Source: Eledone cirrhosa (lineage: Eukaryota). Taken from it: 64,000 nucleotides of DNA. Location of the stretch: positions 197,904,001-197,968,000 of the forward strand of contig OZ024740.1 in the NCBI GenBank assembly GCA_964016885.1. The letters are read 5' to 3'. The position numbers and the translations under genes were made by a program. Below, one piece after another: positions 1 through 14,562 of the stretch; position 1 is the first letter of the stretch, and every line of letters starts with the position of its first letter. The notes under the pieces were generated by a model that had not been told where the DNA came from, made no database searches, and saw nothing but the letters and a program-made list of their open reading frames with translations.

Positions 1-316
1 ATTTATTTTTGAGATTCGAAACCGATTCGGTAAAGGTAACCATAGTAAGTACAGTGAATCTTTTGAAATTTACTTTGAAACTTTTTCTTATTTGCTAAAC
101 CTTGATTATATATATGAGAAAAACCACAGACCCTCCATCTCAACTCACCTTTTGAAAAGCAGAAGAACTGCGAAACCGGTAAAGGAACCAAATAAATATA
201 TATATTTTTAAAAAAAATAAGACTTCAGTTGCATTTTCGATTTCATCCATTTTTCTTTATACTTCCACTCGTGTAGGACACCTCGGTTATTTTTCATTTT
301 GTAAAAAAAACCTCAC

Positions 317-322
<6 letters not shown>

Positions 323-396
<74 letters not shown>
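323..396. repeat. (TA)n microsatellite forming the 3' tail/target of the RTE element
   Basis: Visible TA run abutting the RTE ORF stop codon. Confidence 0.95.
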
Positions 397-1907
397 CTAA
401 GGCGGGTAAAATTCCCGAGATCCATGGACGAGTTCTCTCCAGCGGTCTCTGTCCCTCATTATCGCTGCCATATCCTGCATCTCCAACAGACCAGTGTCTG
501 TCCTTAGGGCATCAACATATGTTAACCTTGGTCTTCCTCTTCTAGTGTGTCCATGTAGGGGCTCCCAAAGGAGCACTGAGTGCAATGTCAACTCTGGATG
601 TCGGTGAGCATGTCCAGCCAACCTCAGTCTCCTCTGTGTCACTTTTGAGCTGACTTTTGGGATGCTCCCATACAGCTCTGAGTTTTTCATCCTCAGTGTA
701 TACTGATTAATGTTCAGAGCCATCCTCAGCATTCTCGTGTAGCACCCATCCACCATCTGAGTGAGTTTCTTGGTCAGTGTCCAAGTCTCAGACCCATACA
801 GCAGCACAGACTCCACTACAGCAATGAAGAGGCGGATTTTCAGGTCTCTACGAAGGTCCGACTTCCACACCGATCTCAAGCTGTGGCACGCCGCCCAGGC
901 CTTGCTCTTCCTCTCAACCACATCATCCTCCGTATTCCCAATCTTTGCTCCCAAATATAGGAAGTCCTCAACCAATTCCAGCGGCTTCCCACCTACATTA
1001 GTGATCCCCTCTGGCTTCTCAACATTCTCTACCAGATATTTTGTTTTAGTCTCATTCATTCTCAGCCCCACACTCATCGACACAGTCTCAACCTCCCGCA
1101 TCAAATCCTCTGCCTCCTTCACTGTATTTGTCACCAAAACTATGTCGTCGGCAAATTCAGCATCCGATACCTTTTTCGCCCCAACTCTCCTGCTCTGAGC
1201 CGGTGCTACAGTAAAGCCAGAGTCCTGGTGCAAGGCGCATACAATAGTCCACTACGATGATAAAAAGGTAGGGAGCCAATGTATCTCCCTGGAGCACTCC
1301 AGCCAGTATCTCAAAGAACTCTGTCATCCCATCAGGTGTAATGACTTGGGCTTTGGTGTTGGTGTAGAGCAGTGATATCAGGTCCACTATCCTCTTGGGG
1401 ATTCCATAAGCCTGTAAGATCTTCATCAGGCAGTAACGGTCCACAGAATCAAAGGCCTTCCTAAAGTCAATGAAAACCATGACCGCAGGAAGGCACTTTG
1501 CTCTAGCTCCCTCTAATATCCTCCTCAGCATCAGGATGTGACTGTTGGTTGATCTACCCTCTCTGAAGCCGTTCTGGTTGTCCCTGAGCTTCTTCTCCAT
1601 CTCAGGCTGGATCCTGTTAAGAATCATCCTGTTGAGGGTCTTTGCCACAAGTGACGTCAGTGAGATCCCCCGGTAGTTGTTGGTGTTAGAGAGATCTCCC
1701 TTCTTTGGCACTGGGACGATGTTACTGATCCTCCACTGATTCGGGGCAACTCCTTTCTCCAGTGCCCCGTTACAGAACCCCAGGATGATATCATCAAAAT
1801 CACACCTCTTCATCACCTCTGATGCCACTCCATCTTCTCCATGAGCCTTGCCCTCCTTGATCTTCTTCTTGGCTCTCTGAAGCTCCTCTCTGGTGAAGGG
1901 CTCTGTC
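397..1907 (-). mobile_element. 5'-truncated RTE-clade LINE (RT domain and C-terminus), frameshifted near 1230
   Basis: ORFs 1157-1828 (PVPKKGDL..NYRGISL, QNGFR, FIDFRKAFDSV, GVLQGDTLAPYLF) and 397-1233 (FADD, FLYLG, LLYGSETW, RLRLAGH, RGRPRLTY) are typical RTE; (TA)n on both sides. Confidence 0.9.
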
Positions 1908-1937
1908 TATATGTATATATACGTATATATATGTATA

Positions 1938-2005
<68 letters not shown>

Positions 2006-2008
<3 letters not shown>

Positions 2009-2274
2009 CGTGTAAAATTCCAGAGATCCATGGACGAGTTCTCTCCAGCGGTCTCTGTCCCTCATTAGCGCTACCATATCCTGTGTCTCCAACAGTGTAT
2101 ACTGATTAATGTTCAGAGCCATCCTCAGCATTCTCGTGTAGCACCCATCCACCATCTGAGTGAGTTTCTTGGTCAGTGTCCAAGTCTCAGACCCGTACAG
2201 CAGCACAAACCCCACTACAGCAATGAAGAGGCGGATCTTCATGTCTGCACGAAGGTCCGACTTTCACAGCGATC
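2006..2274 (-). mobile_element. Short, internally deleted second copy of the same RTE 3' end
   Basis: Highly similar to 400-488 joined to 695-878; flanked by (TA)n and (CT/CA)n. Confidence 0.9.
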
Positions 2275-2394
<120 letters not shown>

Positions 2395-4654
2395 TGTAGT
2401 ATATGAGCTAGAGCATATTGCACAATGAAAAAAGCAATAGATATGTTTTATTTATACGTTTAGATTTAAACTTGAGATCTTTTGAAGATTAATCTTGGTA
2501 TAAAATTGGAATAATTAAGATGTGAATTAAAAAGAAATCCTTGTGTACACACACCACCATACACAGATGAATGCATTCTTAAGAATATAAATACAACTTA
2601 ACATCGAATGAACACTGAACATAATTACCTTGGTATATGAATACATTAACATTAATATGTAGAATTATACCTACATACTTACGTTAGTATATGTGAGTGA
2701 TCGTTTGTATCAGTACATTTTTTCATTATGTATTTCGTATCGAAAAGGTAAGTCACTCAGTCGCATATATCTATTATAATTGGAACTCTAGTTTGTAATA
2801 AGGATAAAGCCTTATAGTTTGTAAGCTATACACAATTCCTGTTAAAAATGTATATAATTCTCCAATTAATATTCAGTTTTTTTTATTGTATTTAAAGATG
2901 ATATAAGAACCTTCCAGCTATTCCTTCTCACATATAAGTATTATACATTTAATCTTTACGATCAATGCAGTGGCTGAACATAGCGCGATTTAATCTGATC
3001 ATCCTTATATTTTAATGCTAAAGTAAACAATAACAAATGCCTCTTCATTCTAACGAAACGACGTATAAACTTGCATTTTGAATTTTAATTATATATAATA
3101 ATATTTAGTATTTCTTTAAAGTGTTATATATATTTCATCCATGATATTTCTAGGAAATCTTACTTTCAAAAAACTATCACATAAAAAAAAACAAACTTCC
3201 ACAGCGAGGAATTAAACTTGGCACTGAAGGATTGTGCAATTCTAAGTTTGAAGAAACGAAAACTATTTTATATTGATGTGTCCGGCTAGCGAGACATTGA
3301 GAGCAAATAGGAAGTTTAGAAGCTAGAGGGTAACCCCTAAAGTAATAGCCACATAATATTGACATTTAAATGGAAATGGAACATAATATGACCGCCAACC
3401 AGTAATATGGCTTTCGATGAAAATCACTGATGAGGAATAAATATGTAATAATATTGTTTACTTTTTTCTTTGAGTTCCTCATTATTATACTTTGCCTTCA
3501 GATCAATATATGAAATGAAAATTACTGCTTCGATGAACAATATCTTTAAAAAGAAATGGGGAAAAGAAAAACGAAATGTTAAAACTGTCAATGTTCCATT
3601 GAACCATTTCATTCGAAATTACCATTCAAGAAGCACGAATTATATTATGTTTCTTAAGTGCATGCGTAAAAAGATGGTCGTGAAAAGGAAAATCAAAAGA
3701 AAATTGCTTCCGAAATTCTCGCTGGTTCATTGGGCTATTAGTCAGAACCCGAAGTTGATAAACGACAAATGAAAATATCCAGGTAGAAAGCCAATCGATC
3801 ATAGCGTGAAATTCTGAAATGCTTAGGTGAAATTATTAGCGGATGAGCAATCTCAGAAGTGGTTTTAAGATATATGAATTTCTTATATATTAGGTGCATC
3901 CTTTATTGATGGCTTAGATTATGAATTAACTATACTGCCCTTAATTCTCAGCATATGATATATAGGATTTCACTAAAGAATGGATTCTTTCATGAAAATA
4001 AAACTGGAAAAAATATCAATTTTTATATACAGGTGAATGGGAGGAATCCACAATCTTGCAAACTTCGGGACAGGCCTCTGATTTTCGCACACGTTTCTTT
4101 CTTGCCTCTTCCTCCCCTAGTCTTGAATGCCATGAAAAAGGTCATGGATGTTCTGTTCTTCCCTCGCTTACTAAATAGTTTAGAAAAATAACGGGAAATA
4201 CAGACCTCAAATATACCGCATAAAGGAGTGGAGTCTTTACCGCATATTTTCACCCGGGGGATTTAGATCTTTTCATAACTATTCACCTTATTAGCTGCTG
4301 TTGAACTCGTGATAATTTCTTACTCTTTCTCTATCTATCTATCTATCTACATATGCATGCATGGCCTGATATTGAAGTTTTGTAGGTGATGGTGTGAAAT
4401 CAGATGAACGGAGGCGGAGAGAGATAATGTGTTTTACTGAAAGAGAAGAAGGGTTCGTTAAATCTTGTTTTAAACATTTTATTGTTCATTAAAACTGTTA
4501 TATTCTATAGAAATCTTCGCATATTACGAACACATTTACCTTTCAGACGCAAATGTTAATCGGCAGACAGCTGCAATGTGGTAGTTAGCATTGTCCATCT
4601 CTTTTGAGAAAATCTAAGATATACAATCCTATTCATTCATAAATCTCAGTCCAA

Positions 4655-4868
4655 TAATAACAATGGTTTCTTATATAGATACAAGGCCAGCAATTTGGGG
4701 TAAAGTCGATTAAGTCGACCCCAGTGCATTACTGGTGTTTTATTTTATCCACCCTGTAAGGATGAAAGGCAAAGCTAACCTCGGCAGGATTTGAACTCAT
4801 ACCATAAAGGGCCGTAATTCTATGCTTCAAAGCATGTTGTCTGACGCTCTATCGATACTGCCAATTCA
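4655..4868 (-). mobile_element. tRNA-derived SINE with Meta-like central domain
   Basis: Minus strand: A box TGGCAGTATCG, B box GAGTTCAAATCC, GCCTTTCATCCTTACAGGGTGGATAAAATAAAACACCAG, ATT-rich tail; several other copies in window. Confidence 0.8.
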
Positions 4869-6829
4869 ATAACTTTGAAAACATGTGATCTTTAACTCAC
4901 AATATCTAAGTTTTACTCAAGGATAAAAAAATCACATAAAATGCGAAGAAAAGAAACAGAAAGAATTATTAAATTCTGGAGTCGTAGGAGTGCTCTCTGA
5001 TACATCCGATTTAGAGGGAAGAAACGCAGTAGGTTTCAACTACAGGTTGTAATATCTCTCGGAGATAAAACTAAATATATATTCAAATGTTACCTTAACC
5101 ACACCTGTCACCTCTCCCCGTCCAACGGGGAGATCTCCCACCCACTTTAGGGTGGGTGAGAGATATCTTCTCTTGTGAAAATGGGTATAGCTTTCATTAT
5201 GCTAAATCTTCCCATTTCCAGCATTTCTCCACTTTTTGTCATGGTACTCCTCGTTCGGGTTGTTAGAGGCTGGCAGGTCTGCCCTAACATCATCTAAAAG
5301 TAATCAACAGAGGCAAAACTGGAAAAAAATGTTTATCGAAATATCGTAATGACAAAAGGAAAGAGAACAAAAAACAGAAAGCAATGAGATAATCATATAG
5401 AAATAAGGAAGGAGTGAACTCTTCTTCCTCAAGCATGATCCCATCATCCCGATGTGTCACCCGTAAACGAAAGTACGTGGATCAAGGACATCCGCGGTTT
5501 AAACGATCAGCTATCTAGAAAATAACAAGTGCAGAATTATAACAGTAGCAATATACATTAAGCATGTAAAATGAAGAATATAAATTCAATGAATTTATCA
5601 CGCGGAAAGGATTTTAGCGTTGAAAACGACACGAGCAGTAAATTATAGAAACATTAATATGTTCTTAAACCAACCAAAGTTGAAATATCAAAAGTAGGAA
5701 TTGAAAGTATGTTAATGGACGAGATATGCTAGATATATACAAATCAGTTTAAATACCTTTTAAATTCTTTTGCTAATCCTAAATATATAAAGTTTTATAT
5801 CTGGTGTAGTAAACATAAAAGCTTATTTAATGAAAATATTGATATATGATATTTATTTTCCCAACACAGACGTCACTGTAGAAGAAATGTACGTAACACA
5901 CTACTGCATACATACGCACGCGCAAACACACACACACCACACACACACACACACGCACAAACATATATACATAGACACATTCATATATACACGCATACAC
6001 CCACATGTATATTTATATATATACATTACTGGGGTCGTATCTGCTCTTTCTTACTTTCTCTCTCTTTATCTCTAGAAGAAATCGGCTGTGTTAAGGCCTG
6101 GAGAGAGATGGGATCTGCAAAGTTTAAAATGCCTAAACACGCTGTATGTGAATAGGTCGACCCTAGGACTCTATCAGGAATTAGGTGTCCACATATTCAT
6201 ACACACATATATGATATATTTATGTATAATAAACATATATGAAGTTTCACTATAAATATTTTAAGCCGTGATCATATCACATCTATCTCAGTGAACGTTT
6301 GAGTTTGCCATAGACTTATATATGATTACTGGCCCGTTTTTCTTGGCTTAAATTTCTATGTGTATGTGTATATCTTTAAGGTGATATCTCTTGATATTTG
6401 TGCCGGGTCACAGCGCTCTGAGTTCAAATCTTACCGAGATCAATTTTCTCTTTCAGTGTTTCTAGGCTGATAAATTAAATGCTGAGATTTATTTACTCTC
6501 TCTTTCACACACATAATCTCTCTCTTTCTCTGGAATAAGGTGGGAACAAGCAATTTCTCTAGACTATCCCTGTAAATATTCAACAAATTCCCAACACTAG
6601 AGGCACTGGAAGACCTAACATACTGCTAGGTTTCACACTACCATGTTGAAAGTGGGTCTCTCTAGCTCAGTTTACTGGATCACTGGCAGAGTCGGATAGA
6701 ACGTCAAGTTGAATATCTCGTGGTTGGGATCTTGGTGTTCTGAGGTGAAATCCATCATGATCAGCTTTGCTTTTTATTTCTTCGAAATTAATAAAATAAA
6801 GTACGAGATCATGGCTGTGGATAATTACT

Positions 6830-6915
6830 GTGAGTTAGCGGAATTATTAGTGTTGTAGAAGACGGCCTACGGTATGTTATCTAGCAATTTGCGTTCTGAG
6901 TTCAAATTCCGCCTA
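6830..6915 (+). mobile_element. Degenerate 5' part of the same SINE family
   Basis: GAGTTAGCGGAATT...TCTGAGTTCAAATTCCGCC B-box region. Confidence 0.5.
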
Positions 6916-9166
6916 GAAATTCAAACCTCATCGATGTTCATGAGATCAAAACTGATTATTAAATCTTCAATAGGTGGAAAAGGATTGTGAACGTCTGCTA
7001 CTGCAGTCGAATAATGATGTTGGTTACAGCTCCAAAATGTCCACCCGGTTTAAATTTGATCTCAAAATTTGACACTATATAAAGAACAACTACACGAATA
7101 TCACCAGATGAGGGAGCAGATGCAATGATTTCATCTTTCTCTCCTCCCCCCCTCTCTCTCTCTGTCTGTCTGTCTCTTTCTCTCTCCCACATCTCTCTCT
7201 ATGTTACTAACTAATTGAAAAAACAAAACAAAAAAAAAAAAACGATTACAAATTCAACATTTGCTTTTAATAATATTTATAATAAACACAATATGTTTTA
7301 ATGCCAGCAATGTAATTATAGCGTCAATTGTTTTTCCTAAACATGTTTTTTTGTAACATTTAAAACGAATCAAATTTACATTCATGGCGGAATTGAAGAA
7401 CTGTAAATTATTTTATAGTGAATACAAAACGGAACGGCAATTTTTAAATTTAAATTTTCATTTTTATTTTCACCGTGACATGACACAAGTGAAATTCAAA
7501 GATTTAAAAAAAAAATTATTATTGAAAAATGTAGAATTTTCCAGTTTTTATTTCAGAAAATTCCTTGTAAACTGTCAAAAAATATTTCATCTTGTAAAAA
7601 TTTGAAATTCTCTAAGCATAGGATTAATTGTATTTCAACATTGAACATTAATGTTAAATTATTCAATGGCTTGAATTATAAACCATGTGATACAAAATGA
7701 AATTTGTAAAGAAATTTCAAGTTATTTAGCTTTTGTTAATATATTTTTAAATTGTATTTTCATTGAATTTAACGAATTTGATATTTTAAAGTTTTGTAAT
7801 GTTTCGTACGTTTTGAAAAATTATTTGGCTATAGTATATGTTACAGAAACTGTACGTAGTGTGGAATAGCATTGTTTGAAATAAAATTGTAAAAAAAAAA
7901 AAATTCACAAAAAACACCTTTAACGCTTTATCTTAGATTAATTTTATAGTAAACATTTTAAAAATCCATAATGATCTGTATAAAAACAATTGCCAGCTAA
8001 ATGAACAAAACAATGAAAGATCGACATGCATGAATGCATTTTCCAGCTTTATTTGTAACCGCAATTCCCCACTGAGTAACATGTGTAATTCTGGAACATC
8101 TAAACGTACAAATACTTAGAAATATAAGGGATGTTTTAAAATGAAATCATTTCATCAGTTAGACGAGCCGACGAAGAGGGGAGGGGTCTCTAATATTGTT
8201 GAGTAATATAGTCGGCTATTTGCTTTTCTGACCTTTACAATTTGCAAAATCAATAGTCATCTTCTCTCTCCTTGAATTATGTTTTCTCTGCCTTGCTCTT
8301 TTCCCTTCTCAGTAACCTTTTTTATTTTAATTTTTATTGCCATACTTAGAGTGAAAGAAGAAAAAAAAAACAAAACAAAAATAAAACAAGATAGCTTTTG
8401 ATCCTCTTTGACAGATCGAGGTTGAACTGGTGTTTAATAATAAACTACGCCAGAACAAATTCACATACATAAAACACTTACCTTAATCCTTACTTTCCAT
8501 ACTATTAGAAAAGTATAGTTTATATGAAACACCACTAAATTCGTAAAAGTGATTAAGAAAGTCACTGCGTTCAATCACTTCATCCATAGATACAAAATAT
8601 TGGATAGAGTCATATGAGTGGCCTGTCTTGGGCACTTTAAACTTGGCGGAGGCCATCCTTCTCTAGATCCAAGCCAATACCTTCCATAGAAACAGAAGAA
8701 AAGAAAGGGAGAAAGAGAGAGTGAGAGAAGAAGGATCGGCCTAAGTTTAATTTCGAAATGATGAATGGCAAAGATGGCTAGGTTAGATCCGAACTCAGGT
8801 TGCAGAGAGCTGAAACAATTCTGCAATTTCCTCCTCGCCCTTAGTGCAATACAAATAAAAAATATAGGAACGAAAGAAAAAAGCAAGACAGATAAAGGTA
8901 ACACTTGAACATTTGGGCTTGAAAATGCTATTATAATTAAACTAGGAGATTGATCATATATTTGACTTGAACACAATAAGCCTTCTTTGCGTAGACATCA
9001 TCTCTATCTAGATCTCTTTACTTATTCTTTCCATATCGAAGGCCTTTCATTAAAAACATTAGTCGTGTCTCCATTAAATATATCGCAAATCTGCAAATAT
9101 ACGTTGTGTTCTAGCTTAAATATCGTACTCGTAGACACGCACGGATACACATACGCGCTCATTCAA

Positions 9167-9447
<281 letters not shown>

Positions 9448-10392
9448 ACTTGTGTGTTGAGTTATTTTCTTATGAATGTAGCCATTGGTAATATAAAAAT
9501 ATGATATTATATACATAATGTTTGACTTCCAATATTCCAAAAGAAACTTATTGAATGTGTGAAACGTGGTAAAAAAGATTTAAACGAATAGGTGAGTCGT
9601 TTTTAGTGTATAATATGGTAAAGTTCCTGCGGTGCATTACTGACATACGTTTTGCACTCTGTTCTCGCATTTTCCATTCTATTTGATTGAAGATATGTTC
9701 TACAGCCATCATGTTTAATTAGACATGGTAGTTGTTTGAGCCTTTTCAAGGAAGCGGTATTGGTACGTGAGGAAGGTGCCAATATGCACAGAAATAAAGT
9801 TACAGACACAGAGTGTACTATTGTGGACCAATTTATATATATTCCTGTCGCTTTTTAGCTATTTCCATGCCATAAAATTATCGCTGGAAACTTCAATGAT
9901 GAGAAGACCTTCTTTCCAACCTAATTATCTGATTAAATATATTTTTTGGGGTCAATAAATAAAACTTTCAGACAGAAAACATTTTGAAGAAACAAAAAAA
10001 AAAAAAATCTTTCTAGATCTGTAAATCTGTGATTAAAGGTAAAAAACAAAACAAAAAAAAAAACAATAACACTTTTTATATATTTGTTTAATGTTTAAAA
10101 ATCGTTTTCAGACAGTACTTTCTATTGGCTGCTGGTCTCTGTCCTCTGAGACATTTTTGCCCACGGCTGTCTTTGACAGCATCCAGCTGTTCTAGCGATG
10201 AGTTTTCTCATTTTTTATGTATTCAAATACATCCTCGCTTCGTCTTAATCATAGATATCATTATATATATAACGGCAGCACCAACAGTTTTCCAAGAGAT
10301 GTCAACATGAATGGACATGTTATTTTTATCTAAAGACATTTTTTCCAATTCCAAACCGCCCGTCCCTTCAATCAATCTTATTTCTCATTCTT

Positions 10393-10428
10393 TCTTCTGA
10401 TGAAGGACTAGCGTCCGAAACGTCAAGA
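10393..10428 (+). ncRNA. Minimal type I hammerhead ribozyme (Penelope-like element type)
   Basis: TCTT-CTGATGA-A-GGAC-TAGC-GTCC-GAAAC-GTC-AAGA: stem I TCTT/AAGA, stem II GGAC/GTCC, core boxes CUGAUGA and GAAA, GUC cleavage triplet, palindromic ACGT in place of stem III. Confidence 0.8.
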
Positions 10429-11206
10429 CCCTCTTCCTGCTATTTCAAGCGTTAACCTAATATATTCTTTCCATAAACTGTACCAATTGTGTTGTTATTT
10501 CTGTTTACCTTTTACACACATACACACACACAGACACACACATATATATATATATGAACAAAATAGGGAGCGCACAGGATAAAGACAATGGAAAAACAGC
10601 GGTAATACGGACTGTTCCATCTCCTCAGTCAAACTCTGGAAATAACTACGGTTTGGGACGTTAAGGTTGATACCATCCATTCCAGTGCACATTGGGAAAT
10701 AACAAAACAGGTAGCAACAAATTATGCCTTTAGGCAAATTACACAAATATAGAATGAAAAGCAATCCAAGTGCGTCAACTGACAAAGGGAAAGAATAGTG
10801 TACAAGGGTTTAGCCAAAGGAGAAAAATATAGAAAGGATAGAAATAGTAAAACAGAAGAGAATAATAAGTACTGCAGAAAAAAAGAAGGGCACTGAGACG
10901 TAGAAAAGGTAAGAAGGAAGAAGAGAAGAAAACAGACTGAGTCGTGTGATGCCTATTATATGATAATTAAAAAAAGCCCGCATGACTAAGTCTTTAGATT
11001 ATAGATTCAAAATAGGGACGCAGAAGACAAAGGCAAATACAACGGAATATATATATGTATGTATGCGCACGAATGTATGTGTGTATATTTATATATACAT
11101 GTGTGTGTATGGGCATGCTTATGTACGAGTGGATGTGGATACAGATATGCATTCATATATAAGGCTATAAGTGGATAAATGTATGCATGAATTTTAACTA
11201 CTCTTA

Positions 11207-11245
<39 letters not shown>

Positions 11246-11454
11246 TTATATCTACTTGAATGTGTTAAATACAATTATGTACGAGCTGGAATATATAGGA
11301 ATTAGATCCTGGTTATATATAGGTATATATATTCCAGTCATGTAAGCGCTGGAATATATATTTTATCTATATTTATTTTGTGTATGCAAATATAAGATAA
11401 TAAAGATGCGCACGCACGTGTGTATAGATATTGCTATACAAATATGTGTCTATA

Positions 11455-11566
<112 letters not shown>

Positions 11567-11658
11567 ATATTCTAATTCAATATGTGTAGTAATAAAATGT
11601 ATATGAGTCTATGTTTGTATGCATGAAGATACAGGTATGTTTACATTTCTGCATCGGT

Positions 11659-12625
<967 letters not shown>

Positions 12626-12795
12626 CATAGATCTGATAAAGAGTCAATTAAATTATTCCGATTATTTTGTCCCTCTTAATCATAGAGCAACAACGGTTAA
12701 GGTTGGCGACACACAATCTCACATACTTGTGAAAGATATATGTGTATATATGCATGTATATGTATGTATTCACATGTATCTGTGTAATTCTCATT

Positions 12796-12834
<39 letters not shown>

Positions 12835-14464
12835 TCATTTTACGTTCGCTTTTCCCTGCTTGCAAATTATATATATATAAGGAAAGCAGAAACAAGGGAC
12901 GGTCCCCTCTTCTGTTGTCTACTGCAGGTCACCGACATTTCAACGCATTAAAGGCAATATGTCTATCTCCAGTGCGTCAATAACGTTTGAAAGTTATTGG
13001 GGAAGGAAAAAAGGAGAGAGAAAAAATAAATTAAACAGAAGGGGAAAAAAAAGAAAAGAAAAGAGAACATACCGATAAAGGGGTGATCAGGGTGACCTCC
13101 AGCAGACAACTGAAGAGGGACGTATGTATATGTGTCTAACGAACTAATTTCCTCACAAGGAGCTTTACTCACTTGGAAAAATAGTCATCTAAATTATGAC
13201 CATAAATGAATGTGTGTATGTATGTAATTCTATATGTCCATGAAGATCTTTAATCCTTTTATTCATACTCCCTTAAAATGTCCAGTTCTTTTTATTCTTT
13301 ATCATGATATCCCCCAATTGTCATGTTAAGCTCCACTATTTGTATCTTCTTATAAAACTTCCTGAACCATTGTTTCTGAGAATAAACGGGGAGATGGACG
13401 TATTTTGTCGAGGCTAATACTCGATTAGTCAATATATCGATATTACTATGGTTTATTTCACCCTTCGAAATGATCATAAATCAATGGCTTAATCAAGCCC
13501 CGATCCACGTTATTTTGTTTTCATTGTTCAACTTTTATATCTAACTCTGTAGTCCATTGAATATTCAACGCCATCTAACAAGATGCCATTTTCCTCACAA
13601 AAATACAGATTTCCCCTTGTTTCCATGAGATATTCGTATCCACATTACATTGAGTTCTAACATCGTCGTAAGTCCTACCTTAATTAAGTAGAATGTTTAT
13701 GAAGAATCTCTGAGACATTAATGTAAATACTTGTACTTGTTTACACGAGATAACATTCGAGTCCTAATATTCAATGACCATTTCCTATATATTCTGTAGA
13801 TGAATATCGAATATTATATAAGTTTCTATTAAGACTAAGAACTACTATTAAAACTTTCTTCATTACAGCATTTCTTGCACAATTCATCTTCCTGTTTAAA
13901 AGGAACGTGATGAAAGAGCATTTGGTTTAAGAGAACCAAGGAAATTGCTTTACCAATAGTGGATTGTTGAAAGCTCACTAAATAGTTTTAATATCTCTAG
14001 GAGGATAGCTTAATAGAAATAGAAATAGATGCACGATAACTGTTACATTTCTAAGTCTACTTCTCGCAATACACCCGTTAAATATCATTAATAGAATATT
14101 TAATAATTCTTTTAAGTGGTAGCCAGTACTACACATCTATAAAACTCACATATTGCATTATCACATAACAAATATGTAGCTGAAGAGTGTATCGGAGTAG
14201 ACAATCCACATTGAAATAGACACATCATCATTGACACAGGAAGTCTAAAATTATCTACAAATGTTTACAAAATTATAAAAAGAAAAGAAATGCATCTCAT
14301 AGGAAATTTCTTGGGGAATTTAATATTAAGGGACCCAATTCTATTATGTTAATATTTTTTAAAGTGGCAGAAAGCTTGATTTGAACAGAGAACCAATGAA
14401 GTTGGAGAAATTACTGCAAGGCAATTTATAGCAACGCTCTAACCATTCCGCACATTCGTCACTC

Positions 14465-14561
<97 letters not shown>
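14465..14561. repeat. (ATCT)n microsatellite, left boundary of Tx1 array
   Basis: Directly visible. Confidence 0.97.

Positions 14562-14562
<1 letters not shown>

Noticed and set aside
3427-3460. CTGATGAG hammerhead-like box
   Set aside because: No stem II, GAAA box or cleavage site downstream
13292-13700. Possible decayed coding remnant on the minus strand
   Set aside because: No convincing motif could be identified by eye
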